Source: an uncultured Verrucomicrobiae bacterium (lineage in GTDB: Bacteria; Chlamydiota; Chlamydiia; Chlamydiales; Rhabdochlamydiaceae). From it: a DNA stretch of 64,000 nt. The stretch spans positions 832,001 to 896,000 of the forward strand of contig CAWDYW010000001.1 of the NCBI GenBank assembly GCA_963806855.1, in the 5' to 3' direction. Under the pieces are notes generated by a model, which did not search any database, was not told the origin of the DNA, and was given only the letters and a program-made list of their open reading frames with translations. Both the position numbers and the translations under genes were made by a program. Positions 17,335-27,281 of this stretch are shown one piece after another (position 1 is the stretch's first letter; each line of letters opens with the position of its first letter).

Positions 17335-17488
17335 TGCTCAAGACCAGGGAAGTGACGATGGGGAAATAGACTCTATATTTTTCCCCTTTGATGTCGATAT
17401 TGCCTGGGAGTTTTGGAAAGAGGTAGATCACAAGAGCGACGACGATAAAGCTGATTCCAATAAAGAAAAACCATTTAGCGACATTCAT
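17285..17488 (-). CDS. DUF2905-like small membrane protein
   Basis: LPGNI...YFPIVTSLVLSIILT. Confidence 0.8.
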   Translation of the reverse strand: MNVAKWFFFIGISFIVVALVIYLFPKLPGNIDIKGEKYRVYFPIVTSLVLSIILTILLNLFFYLFRK

Positions 17489-18200
17489 ATTTAAGTCCGT
17501 CATAGGCGATGAGCCATTCAATGCCCCGCTCGCTGGCGAGGGTCTCAATCTGTTTTTGTGCTTTCTCTTCGCGCGAGACGATGCCGCTGCCGCAGTGGGT
17601 GATGATCATTTTGGGCACGTTCATTTTTTTGCACCAGGTCAGCTGCTGCCGGATGGTTGCATGGCCAAAGATGGTGCCATTTTTTTTCCGCACCATGGGT
17701 CGGACGATGGTCGCGCCGTCGCCAATGTAGAATTGGATCCCATGCAGCGCCTCTTCCATCTCTTCGATCCACGCGACGTCGGGAGCATAAAAGAGTTTGG
17801 TTTTTCCGCTGGTGATCCGGTAGCCGACGGCGGGGCAGCGGAGGGAGTGGAGCAGGGGAAATGGCTCAAACTGGATGCCGCCGATTCGATGCTTTTTTCG
17901 AGGAACGATCAGGCGCCTTTGAGTTTTAGGGATGGGGAACCGGTCGATCAGTTTCCAGGTCTCGGCGGTGGCCCAGACAGGACAGGGGGCGCCCTCTTTG
18001 AGGCCGAATGCGTGATCGGGATGGGCGTGGGTGAGGACGATTTGGGTGGGCCGAGCTTTCTTGATCTGATGGAGCCAGGTGGTGCCGCAATCAACCATTA
18101 CCCGATTCCCGCGATGCGAAAAGAGGGTCGAGGTGTGCATCTTGTGACGAATGGTTTGGGGCTCAATTTCACCCCTGGTTCCTAAAAATTGGATTTTCAT
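17475..18200 (-). CDS. MBL-fold metallo-hydrolase
   Basis: FLGT, DCG, THAHPDH motifs. Confidence 0.85.
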   Translation of the reverse strand: MKIQFLGTRGEIEPQTIRHKMHTSTLFSHRGNRVMVDCGTTWLHQIKKARPTQIVLTHAHPDHAFGLKEGAPCPVWATAETWKLIDRFPIPKTQRRLIVPRKKHRIGGIQFEPFPLLHSLRCPAVGYRITSGKTKLFYAPDVAWIEEMEEALHGIQFYIGDGATIVRPMVRKKNGTIFGHATIRQQLTWCKKMNVPKMIITHCGSGIVSREEKAQKQIETLASERGIEWLIAYDGLKYECR

Positions 18201-19039
18201 TTTATCGCAGTGAACAATCCATAGCGGAGCGATTTGAACTTATAGGCGAGCCAGATGCGGTAGATGGTGAGGGCAAAGATCCGGTCTGGGATATTTTTGT
18301 TGCGGAGTAGATCGCGCACTTTTTTGTCGGTGAAGATGGCCTTAGTCAAGCGGTAGACGCAGATCGACCAGGTCTTTTTGACCGAGTCGGTAATATCTTG
18401 GAATTCAATCTCGGAAAACCCTGCTTTTTCCATCATCTCCCGATACTCCCGCTCTGTGCCGATGCTGGGAATATGCCGCTCTTCGCAGATTGGTTGAAGC
18501 AGATGGGCCGTTTCCCATTTGGAGGGGGTTTGCCTGACGATCCAGGCGGTGGTGACAAAATGGCCGCCAGGACGGACGAGGCGGGCCGCTTCAGTAAAAA
18601 ATTGCTTCTTGTCGATCATCTCTTCTAAGCTCTCGATTGCAATGACGACATCAAAGGAATTTGAGGGGAGGGAATTCTTGAGAAAATCGGCCAAAATATA
18701 GCGGGGATTGGTCGATTCAGGGTCGTGGGTCCGCGAATATTGCCACTGGGCCTTGGAAAGGGTCAGAGCGGTCACCTGAGCTCCTTTTTCCCGGACGAGG
18801 TAGCGGGCAGAGGCGCCATAGCCGCAGCCGACGTCGCATACTCTCGCATTGCTATCGATTTTCCCCTTTTCGGCAATCAACTCGACGAGTTGCTCCAAGG
18901 CTAATGGGAGAGGTTCATCGCCCATTTTCCAGTAGCCATGGTTGATATATTCGCCCCAGAGCTTACGATAGTAGGGATCGAGGGTCTCGTAGTGAGTTGA
19001 AATCGTCTCGGCCGTTTGGGGGTTGGGAGGATAAATCAT
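18197..19039 (-). CDS. Class I SAM methyltransferase (tocopherol/sterol MT-like)
   Basis: WGE.I.HGYW, DVGCGYG, IES, RPGG. Confidence 0.85.
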   Translation of the reverse strand: MIYPPNPQTAETISTHYETLDPYYRKLWGEYINHGYWKMGDEPLPLALEQLVELIAEKGKIDSNARVCDVGCGYGASARYLVREKGAQVTALTLSKAQWQYSRTHDPESTNPRYILADFLKNSLPSNSFDVVIAIESLEEMIDKKQFFTEAARLVRPGGHFVTTAWIVRQTPSKWETAHLLQPICEERHIPSIGTEREYREMMEKAGFSEIEFQDITDSVKKTWSICVYRLTKAIFTDKKVRDLLRNKNIPDRIFALTIYRIWLAYKFKSLRYGLFTAIK

Positions 19040-19096
19040 AATTTTAAAGTAATCGATGTTGAAAAAAAATGGAAACTATTGTTTGATAGAACGTCT

Positions 19097-20908
19097 ATGA
19101 AGAGGATTTTAGCATCACAATTGCTCTCCCATCTCGATCAGCCCATTATGCTGCGTGGGTGGTTAAATAACTTTCGCACCTTCGGGAAGCTGGGCTTTTT
19201 GATCCTGCGCGACCGAAGTGGATTTGCCCAAATTGTCATCGTCGACAAGGATCAGTCCAAGCAAATCCATGAGTTGCAGCCCGGTTCGATTCTGCGGATT
19301 CATGGAAAAGCGGTCAAGTCAGATCAAGCGGGCCTTGGAGTGGAGGTGGTCGACCCTACAATTAGTGTCGAAGTGGCCATCACAGAGCCGCCGCCGGTTG
19401 AATATTACAAGCCCGATATCCCTTCTGATTTGGACTTCATCCTCGATAACCGCTCCATTGCGCTGCGCAATCGGAAAATTCAGGCGGTCTTCACGATCCA
19501 AGCGGAGCTTTGTCACGCTTATCGCCTCTACATGCACGATGTGGTGGGAGCGGTCGAGTATTTTGCCCCCAACATCATCGGCACCTCATCTGAAGGCGGT
19601 GCAGAATTCTTCAATGTCGACTACTTTGGCTATACAGCGACTCTTGCGCAAAGTTCGCAGCTCTATAAGCAGATCATGGTGGGTGTCAATGAGCGGGTCT
19701 TTGCCCTCATGCCTTTTTTCCGCGCTGAACCTTCCCATACTCCACGCCACTTATCTGAAGGCAAACAGCTCGAATTTGAGATGGGCTTTTTCGAGTCGTG
19801 GCACGAAGTTTTAGATGTGCAAGAGGGAGTCATCAAGGCGATCATCAAGCATCTCAATAGCCACTGCCAGCGTGAATTGCAGGCTTTAGAAGTCGAACTT
19901 GCCCTCTGTCCTGAACATGTGCCGATTCCACGGATCACCTTCAAAGAAGCTCAAGAGATCTATTTCGAGCGCTCTGGCGTTGATGAGAGAAATGAACCTG
20001 ATTTGAGCCCTGCATCTGAAAGAGAGCTGTGTAAATATGCTCGAGAAAAATTTGGGACAGATCTGATTTTTGTGATCGATTGGAAGACCGAAAAGCGCCC
20101 CTTCTACTCCTTCCCAAATGAGAAACATCCTGAGCTGACGAACACTTTCGATTTGCTCTGCGCCGGCACCGAGATCACCTCTGGCGGCCAGCGCCGCTAT
20201 ACCTATGAGTCGATGGTCGAGGGGATCAAAATGAAGGGGATGAATCCCGACAGTTTCCAAGACTATTTGACGATTTTCCGCTATGGCATGCCTCCCCACG
20301 GAGGATTTGGAATGGGACTGGAGCGGCTGACCATGACGCTACTCGGGCTGAAAAACATCCGCGAAGCCTCTCTCTTCCCCTCAGATCCCAAACGGATCGC
20401 TGGTAACCGGATCAAGGCTAAAATCGTCTTCGGCGGGGAGAACCTTCGCAATGAAATCGTCCGTCTGCTTAACCAAAAAGAGTTCGAATTTGAGCATCTG
20501 GTTCACGAAGAGGTTGAGGCCTCCTCTGAGGCTGCAGCAGCAATGCGCGGGACCCGTCTTGAAGATGGGGTGAAGGCGCTCATCTTGTGCGGCAAGAAAA
20601 CCAAGAAAAATTACCAATTCAATATCCCTGCCAATCTCAAAATCGACATGAAGGCGGTTGCCGAGGCGGTTGGCGAGAAATGTGAGTTTGAAGATCCAGC
20701 TGTGATCGAAGAACGATATGGATTGAAAATTGGGTCAGTTCCTCCATTTGGAAACTTGCTCAACCTTGAGACCTTCTTCGATGAGGGGATTAAGGAGCGA
20801 GAACAGGTGGTTTTCAACTGTGGGCTACGTCATGAGTCGATCGTGATGAAGGCAAAAGATCTGATTAAGGTCGTCGACCCGAAGATCGGGCAATTTGCTA
20901 AGTCTTAA
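19097..20908 (+). CDS. aspS: Archaeal-type aspartyl-tRNA synthetase fused to a C-terminal YbaK/ProX domain
   Basis: OB fold, SEGGAE.F, LAQS.QLYKQ, FRAE, GMPPHGGFG.GLER; C-terminal K.L...G.VPPFG...NCG. Confidence 0.9.
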   Translation: MKRILASQLLSHLDQPIMLRGWLNNFRTFGKLGFLILRDRSGFAQIVIVDKDQSKQIHELQPGSILRIHGKAVKSDQAGLGVEVVDPTISVEVAITEPPPVEYYKPDIPSDLDFILDNRSIALRNRKIQAVFTIQAELCHAYRLYMHDVVGAVEYFAPNIIGTSSEGGAEFFNVDYFGYTATLAQSSQLYKQIMVGVNERVFALMPFFRAEPSHTPRHLSEGKQLEFEMGFFESWHEVLDVQEGVIKAIIKHLNSHCQRELQALEVELALCPEHVPIPRITFKEAQEIYFERSGVDERNEPDLSPASERELCKYAREKFGTDLIFVIDWKTEKRPFYSFPNEKHPELTNTFDLLCAGTEITSGGQRRYTYESMVEGIKMKGMNPDSFQDYLTIFRYGMPPHGGFGMGLERLTMTLLGLKNIREASLFPSDPKRIAGNRIKAKIVFGGENLRNEIVRLLNQKEFEFEHLVHEEVEASSEAAAAMRGTRLEDGVKALILCGKKTKKNYQFNIPANLKIDMKAVAEAVGEKCEFEDPAVIEERYGLKIGSVPPFGNLLNLETFFDEGIKEREQVVFNCGLRHESIVMKAKDLIKVVDPKIGQFAKS

Positions 20909-20926
20909 AATGTTATCAGCAGATTA

Positions 20927-21011
20927 AACGCAAAGACGCCAAGGCGCAAAGACGCAAGAAAAAAAATCATTTTGTTTTTTTTGCGTCTTTGCGCCTTTGC
21001 GTCTTTGCGTT
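20927..21011. repeat. REP-like palindrome of tandem CGCAAAGA/CGCCAAGG octamers
   Basis: aacgcaaagacgccaaggcgcaaagacgcaa ... ttgcgtctttgcgcctttgcgtctttgcgtt between convergent genes. Confidence 0.9.
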
Positions 21012-21020
21012 GAAAATGAC

Positions 21021-21674
21021 CTAAGCTCTATTTACATATTTATAGAGCTGCTCTGTTCGGGCAATCACACTGGATAAGCCATGCTCATTTAGAACTTCCT
21101 TTAGGTCGTCTACGGTCATCCCTTCTTTAGCAAGTTCTACAATAACGAGTTTTAGGTTTTTCCTATCTGCGCGATAGGCAAGGTACCCTTCATCGGCGCA
21201 TAGCTCGTCGCGAATATTTTGAAAAAGTTCAGCACTTCTAATTATATCCTCTGCAGTAAAATACTGGGCCGCTTCTTCTGTGAAACGTTTAGCGATCACA
21301 TCAAATTTTTTTTCCGTGTCCCATTTGCTTTCCCAGTCGAGAATCTTGTCATATGCCTTCGGTGCTAGTTCTCTAATCTCTTCTACAAGAGCTTGCATTT
21401 CTTCAGGAGAGTCAGAGTGTTGGGCTCTAAATGCAGCATAAGCTTGAAAGAAACTATGTTTTACTTCATTTAGGGGGATCTCTTTCTCTGCATAAAAGTC
21501 CTGTTTTTCAGAATAAATTCTTGCACAATTAATAAATCGGTCGAGTGGCAGGTTCTCTGAAAAAAACTCTGATTCCTGTCTGTTGCCACCTTCATTGAAC
21601 GAGTCAGGTTCTGTTGCTTCGAGGGTGCCGTAAAGCGCTGTAAGCATCACGAGGCCTAATATTTTGCTTTTCAT
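21021..21674 (-). CDS. Hypothetical exported protein
   Basis: 217-aa ORF with signal peptide. Confidence 0.7.
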   Translation of the reverse strand: MKSKILGLVMLTALYGTLEATEPDSFNEGGNRQESEFFSENLPLDRFINCARIYSEKQDFYAEKEIPLNEVKHSFFQAYAAFRAQHSDSPEEMQALVEEIRELAPKAYDKILDWESKWDTEKKFDVIAKRFTEEAAQYFTAEDIIRSAELFQNIRDELCADEGYLAYRADRKNLKLVIVELAKEGMTVDDLKEVLNEHGLSSVIARTEQLYKYVNRA

Positions 21675-21774
21675 TTTAAATCTCCATTTCGATTTCTAAA
21701 AAAGAATACTAACATTAGCGATCCTTTTGGAAATTTTATATCGGTTGTCTTTTTTTAAGTCCAACGATTACTGA

Positions 21775-22743
21775 CTACAACAACACAACAGCAGAACCAG
21801 AAATTCGTCCGGCTTTTAGATCGCCGATTGCATCGTTCACTTTTTCCAATGGGTAGGTGGTCACTTGCGTCTTCACGGGGATTTTGGCGGCCAAGCTTAA
21901 AAATTCTTCCCCATCTTGGCGTGTCAAATTGGCAACAGAGCGCAGGACCCGCTCTCCCCACAAAATCTCATAGGGAAAAGCTGGAATCGTACTCATATGG
22001 ATGCCTGCGCAGATCACGACGCCCCCTTTGCGCACTGCTTTGAGGGCGAGGGGAACGAGCGGGCCGACAGGGGCAAAGATAATCGCCGCATCGAGCTCAT
22101 CGGGTGGGGCAGCTTCGGAATCTCCTGCCCATACGGCGCCGAGTTTTTTCGCTTCGTTTTGGCCCTCTAAATCTCCCTTGCGGGTGAAGGCATAGATCTG
22201 CTGCTTACGAAAGTTGGCCACTTGGATGAGCAAATGGGCGGCGGCGCCAAAGCCATAAAAGCCGATTTTTTTTGCGTTACCAGCCATTTTTAAGGAGCGG
22301 TAGCCGAGCATCCCGGCGCAAAGGAGCGGGGCAACTTGCACTGGATCCCCCTGCAAAGGGAAAATGAACTCTTCATAGGCGCAGGTATATTCAGCGAACC
22401 CACCATTCATGGTGTAGCCGGTGAATTGGGGATTATCACATAGATTCTCTTCGTGGTTTTGGCAGTAGGGGCAGGCGCCGCAGCTTTTTCCAAGCCAGGG
22501 GACGCCGACTAAATCGCCTTTCTGAAACCGTTTGGAGGGGGAATCGATGATGCCGACAATCTGGTGGCCCATGATGAGAGGCAGTGGGGGAGGAGGCAAT
22601 TCGCCATCGAGGATGTGCAGATCGGTTCGACAGACCGCGCACGCTTGCACTTTGATCCGCACTTGTCCAGGCTGAAGGGTTGGGATCGGGATGTCACTTA
22701 AGACAAGTGGGCTGCCGATTTTTGTAAGGAGCATCGCCTTCAT
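21775..22743 (-). CDS. Zinc-dependent alcohol dehydrogenase
   Basis: CRTD, GHQ, C..C..C......C, PLLCAG, GFG. Confidence 0.92.
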   Translation of the reverse strand: MKAMLLTKIGSPLVLSDIPIPTLQPGQVRIKVQACAVCRTDLHILDGELPPPPLPLIMGHQIVGIIDSPSKRFQKGDLVGVPWLGKSCGACPYCQNHEENLCDNPQFTGYTMNGGFAEYTCAYEEFIFPLQGDPVQVAPLLCAGMLGYRSLKMAGNAKKIGFYGFGAAAHLLIQVANFRKQQIYAFTRKGDLEGQNEAKKLGAVWAGDSEAAPPDELDAAIIFAPVGPLVPLALKAVRKGGVVICAGIHMSTIPAFPYEILWGERVLRSVANLTRQDGEEFLSLAAKIPVKTQVTTYPLEKVNDAIGDLKAGRISGSAVVLL

Positions 22744-22789
22744 AAGACCTCTTGCAATTTATTCTCTGTATACCCATATTTTCTATTAT

Positions 22790-23383
22790 ATGGGTAAGAT
22801 TTTTAAGAGGGGCTTCATTGCGCTGGCCCCCGTTGCAATCAGTATCGCGATCATCATTTGGCTATTACGTGTTCTCGAAGATATTTTTCGAGTTCCATTA
22901 AAGTGGCTTGTGGGTGACTACTACTTTCCAGGCATGGGAATTGCAGTTGCTTTTGTCTTCATTTTCTGCTTTGGAATTGTCGTCAACAACTACCTCATTC
23001 AGAAGGGGACGCAGTTGATGGACAAGCTTTTTGTCAAAATCCCTCTCTTCAAAACGATCTATACTTCAATCGGCGATTTGATGAGCTATTTCCATAAGGA
23101 CCCTGCAAAAGGGGGACGGATGGTTGTCGTTGAGATCGAATCGATGCGCTTTTTAGCGATTGTGACCAGAGAAGATTTTAAGGATCTACCCGAAGGATTT
23201 GGCGGGGATGATCGGATCACGATTTTTATCCCATTCAGCTATCAGATCGGCGGGTTCACCACAACTGTTCTTCGCTCTAAGGTCCAGCCTATCAACATGT
23301 CTGTCGAACAGGGGATGCGCTTCATCGTCACCGCTGGGATGACCTCAGCTAAGAATAGTAAATCGGAACAGAAGCCTACCTAA
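22790..23383 (+). CDS. DUF502 membrane protein
   Basis: KIPLFKTIY, FIP.SY..GG, MSVEQGM.F..TAG. Confidence 0.8.
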   Translation: MGKIFKRGFIALAPVAISIAIIIWLLRVLEDIFRVPLKWLVGDYYFPGMGIAVAFVFIFCFGIVVNNYLIQKGTQLMDKLFVKIPLFKTIYTSIGDLMSYFHKDPAKGGRMVVVEIESMRFLAIVTREDFKDLPEGFGGDDRITIFIPFSYQIGGFTTTVLRSKVQPINMSVEQGMRFIVTAGMTSAKNSKSEQKPT

Positions 23384-24059
23384 GGTTGGTGACGGTTTTC
23401 CAGTACTTGGCGGGAGGGTCTACACGCCCTGTTCCACCTAGCTTGGCGCGAACATCCATCAAAATGTTACCCAATTGATTTTGCCCAGTTCCATCGTGAT
23501 CATCACCCCAGAAGTTATCGCGTCCTTTCTTAGGGAGATGCTCGACGAGATAGGCCGAACCGGTTGATAAGAGGGAGGAGCGTAGGATGGGATCTTTGAA
23601 TTTTGCTTGCAAGACTTCTGACATCACAGTTAGGCTTCGTTTAAACCATTTATTCTTTGATTCGTCATCGGTTGGTTGATTGCTCTGCGCCAGCTGCCAG
23701 GCTTGATGCCCATCGAGGTTTTCAAATTCTCTCATTCTCTCAGGATTACGATCGAATTTTTGTGCTTGGAATGCAGCCTCAGCACACTGGTAAGTTCGAT
23801 CTCTATAGGTGAGCGGAGCGATGTGAAAATTGCCCAAGAGTGCAGTAGTCGGATTCTCCTCTTTTTTGTAGAACCAGACAAAACCATCCCGTTTTGCAAA
23901 AAACTCGAAGCAAGAGGGGTTTGTGGGGGCAAAGAGCCGGCTGATTAGCACTAGAGCTGCAGCGGCAACTGCTCCGATGAGAAGACTACCGGTCAGCAGG
24001 GTTGTCGCGACCCCAACCGTAGTGGCGATGATAGCGGATTGAATAGGTGTGATTTCCAT
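23376..24059 (-). CDS. NADAR-family protein with N-terminal hydrophobic anchor
   Basis: LGNF, E..FQAQKF, M...L.AKF, LL.TG...LVE, D.FWG, G.N.LG.ILM.VR. Confidence 0.88.
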   Translation of the reverse strand: MEITPIQSAIIATTVGVATTLLTGSLLIGAVAAAALVLISRLFAPTNPSCFEFFAKRDGFVWFYKKEENPTTALLGNFHIAPLTYRDRTYQCAEAAFQAQKFDRNPERMREFENLDGHQAWQLAQSNQPTDDESKNKWFKRSLTVMSEVLQAKFKDPILRSSLLSTGSAYLVEHLPKKGRDNFWGDDHDGTGQNQLGNILMDVRAKLGGTGRVDPPAKYWKTVTNLR

Positions 24060-24166
24060 AGGGAGTATTTTATATTTTTTTATAATAAAATGAAATTCAA
24101 ATATTTTTTATATTTGTAATAATGCTGAGTTTGTATTATCATAGATGTAATCTTGAGGTATTGATA

Positions 24167-24922
24167 ATGTTAAACAATATATTGGTTTTATTTGCTTTTA
24201 CTATGCTATCTTCTAATGAATCAGTTAAGGATTTTGAAGAAAAATTTAAGGTGGTCGAGCCTGTAAAAGATTTATCTCACAAACAGCAGTTCGCTCATTT
24301 TGCCCACAATAACCCATGTGTTTTAAAAGCTTATGCCCGCTTTGAAAATGCGCTCAGGAATAGCAATTTAAAGGAAAGCGAAATCACTACGATTCTCGAT
24401 GCGGTGGTATTTGCCGCAGAAAAACATCGATTTCAGGTCAGAAAAAATGCTGAGCACGTCCCTTATATCATCCATCCGATCGGCGTCGCCTATAATATTT
24501 TAACGATCGCTAAATTATCCGATCCCAAGGTGCTGACCGCAGCTGTGCTCCACGATACAGTGGAAGATACCGATACAACTTATGCCGAAATTCGGGAGCG
24601 ATTTGGCCCTGAGGTGGAAAGCTATGTCCAAGAACTCACCGATGAGACACAGCTGCCGCAAAAAACAAGAAAAGATCTCCAAATCATCAATGCCTCCCAC
24701 AAGTCAAAAGGGGCGGCTTACATTAAGCTGTCTGACAAGCTCTATAATTTAACCGATATTGCGACAGGTCTCCCTGTAGGATGGACCCAAGAGAGAGCGG
24801 ATGAATATTTCATTTGGGCCAAGCAGGTTGTCGATCAGCTCCCTCCTGTAAGTCCTGAGCTGATCAGTGCGATCGAGCAGATTTCGACTCTTTATTGGAG
24901 CAAAAAGGTGATTAACCCTTAA
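24167..24922 (+). CDS. HD-domain small alarmone hydrolase (Mesh1-like)
   Basis: H..Q.RK, PYI.HP, LHDTVEDT, IKL.DK..NL. Confidence 0.88.
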   Translation: MLNNILVLFAFTMLSSNESVKDFEEKFKVVEPVKDLSHKQQFAHFAHNNPCVLKAYARFENALRNSNLKESEITTILDAVVFAAEKHRFQVRKNAEHVPYIIHPIGVAYNILTIAKLSDPKVLTAAVLHDTVEDTDTTYAEIRERFGPEVESYVQELTDETQLPQKTRKDLQIINASHKSKGAAYIKLSDKLYNLTDIATGLPVGWTQERADEYFIWAKQVVDQLPPVSPELISAIEQISTLYWSKKVINP

Positions 24923-26348
24923 TCACCAGACGGGGTTTTAGACGGGCCACTTTCCCAGCTAATTTGGCCTCTTCAACCGCGTCGACCACTTTGTCGACAT
25001 CTTTGTAGGCATCGGGCATCTCTTCTGCAACGGTTCTTCCAGAACTTGCCATCACTGTCTACCCCTTGACTGTGCATGTAATCGAAAATGTCTCGCCCTC
25101 TCCACGATTTTGATGATTTGATGCGGCTGCGGGCCCGCCCGGCCCCATGGCAGGAGCTGCACCATGTGAGGGGATTGCCCAGCCCGACCATCAGATGGCT
25201 GGCCCGCCCCATATCGCCCGGAACGAGGACCGGCTGTCCTGTTTTTCTAAAAAGGGGATTGAGCTCTTCCGCACCTGGACCAAATGCCCGTGTCGCCCCT
25301 TTTCGGTGAACGCAGAGGCGCCGTTTTTTTCCGTCGACATCATGGGTTTCGAATTTGGCGATGTTGTGGCACACATCGTAGATGAGCCGAATGAGGTGGG
25401 GCTGTATTCCCAATACGTCATGAAACGCTTGACGCACCTCGTGAAGGATCATTGCTGCCGATTATTGAAGGCGAAGTTGGCTGCCATCGCCATCGCTTGA
25501 AAGTAGTGTGGTCCCATCGGCAGAGTTGATCGGTGCGGCGACGAGCTGCGGATCGGGGAGTCCTTCGGCATAGCCTTTGCCAATGAAGTGGTCGAGAGTA
25601 TCTTGGCAAACTTGATGACCAAAACCGCGCGAGCCGGAGTGGATCAGGATGTAAGCTGTCCCTTTTCCACCCCCCAGGCTTTGGGCGATATCAGGAAGGT
25701 AAGATCTGCTCGATCTCGCCGATTTCGACGAAGTGATTCCCAGAGCCGATGGTCCCCAGTTGCGCTTTGCCCCGCTCTTTCGCATATGGTTGAGACGACG
25801 TGAGCTCTGCCTCTTCGATCATCCCGTTGCTCTCAATGTGATCCAAATCTTGTGGCAGTCCAAATCCCTGCTCCACGGACCAAGCGGACTCCTTTTTCGC
25901 CAATTTCTTTAAAATCTCTCTCGAGAGGCCTCGCTTTTTCTGCCCTCGTCCAACGCCTGAAGGGACCAGATCGAAGATCCGCTTGATCAGTCGGCTCTGC
26001 TCTGCCTCCTTCGAGACATGTTCACGTTTCATGGAAACAATAGCAAGACGGACGCCGCAGTTGATGTCATAGCCGACGCCGCCGGGGCTAATGACCCCTG
26101 TCGTCCGGCATCCATCGCCGCCACGCCGCCAATTGGAAAACCATATCCCCAATGGATGTCGGGCATCGCAATGCTATAGCCGACGATCCCAGGCAAATAG
26201 GCGACGTTTCGCACCTGCTCGAGCGGCTTGCTCAATATCGCCGTCTTCATCAGCTCTTCCGTTGCAATGATGAGCCCGGGGACTATCATGCCGGCCTCTT
26301 TTTGAGGGAGCAGATAGGTCGCAGGACCAATTTTTTTAAATTAGACAT
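24912..26348 (-). pseudogene. rtcB: RtcB RNA ligase split by at least six frameshifts (pseudogene or sequencing errors)
   Basis: MPD.H.GYG, GYDINCG, GSGNHF, HSGSRG, HRKGAT, SCHGAGR and EE.P.AYK motifs present across shifted frames. Confidence 0.9.
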
Positions 26349-27118
26349 CGACGATCATCTCCCAGTCCAGTTCAGGGGTTAATTTGGTGTGGTAGCTGAC
26401 CGCTTTGAAAGGGCATCCAGAGGAGAGGTCGCACTGGGCGATCATCCGATTGAGCTCTTTCACCACTTGATTGAGATCGCCTACAGGCCCTTTTTCGATA
26501 AAAAGAGAGAAATGGAGGAAACTTAAAACTGAGCGCAAGTGCCGCATTCAGATAGAGCTCTGCAGGGTTTTTCCCGCGGACATGAAAGGCGATATCGGCG
26601 GTATGCTCAATCTCAACAAACGGCCGTGTGAAAGGAATTTCCCAAATCGATTTGTAAGTCAAATTCCCGACGCTCTCATAGAGGTGGATCCCAGTCACCA
26701 TGCAGGGCAAGGGTTCAAACCACTTTTCCCACTCTTTTTGGTCAAATGGGGCTCTGGCTAGAGTGATGTGGGGAAGGAAGGGGCGCCTGTCAACAGAGTA
26801 ACCTAAAGATTCTAGCCAATCGAGAACAGTTGTTTGGAAAGTGGCAAGTTGCTGGCCGCCCTCAAGCCAGGAGACGTGCTGGGCGACGACCCGGGTGAGA
26901 AAAAGGAGCTGATCGCAGATGCCGGAGGGGCCGAGAAGAAAAGGGGGCTCGGGGAATTGATCGAGAGCTTTTTCAAGGCTCGAGAAAGGAACATTTCCCA
27001 AAAAGGCCAAGGTGAGATGGCGAGAATTTTCCTCGATCAATCGCCCTTTGGGATTGTTATAGGGCCAGGGCTCCTCTATGGAAAATCCAAAAAAAAGCCT
27101 TTTTTCGTCCTCTTTCAT
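26341..27118 (-). CDS. 2H phosphoesterase (ThpR-like) fused to archease; one frameshift near 26500
   Basis: HLTL and HITL motifs, then EHTAD in the same frame; KAVSYH...IVDV C-terminus in a shifted frame. Confidence 0.85.
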
Positions 27119-27202
27119 GCCCCAAATCATAAAGAAAATTTTAGGGAGATGTCAATTTTATTGCGAAAAAAGAGACAGATTTAGTATCTTGTTCTCTTCA
27201 TT

Positions 27203-27275
27203 GGGGACTTAGCTTAGCTGGTAGAGCGTCTGATTTGCATTCAGAAGGTCAGGAGTTCGACTCTCCTAGTCTCCA
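27203..27275 (+). tRNA. tRNA-Ala(TGC)
   Basis: GGGGACT/AGTCTCC-A stem with G3:U70, TTTGCAT loop. Confidence 0.95.
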
Positions 27276-27281
27276 ATTTTC

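Noticed and set aside
17556..18185. Long antisense ORFs over core genes (also 37255-37860, 57192-57866, 62400-62981)
   Set aside because: Shadow frames opposite well-supported genes
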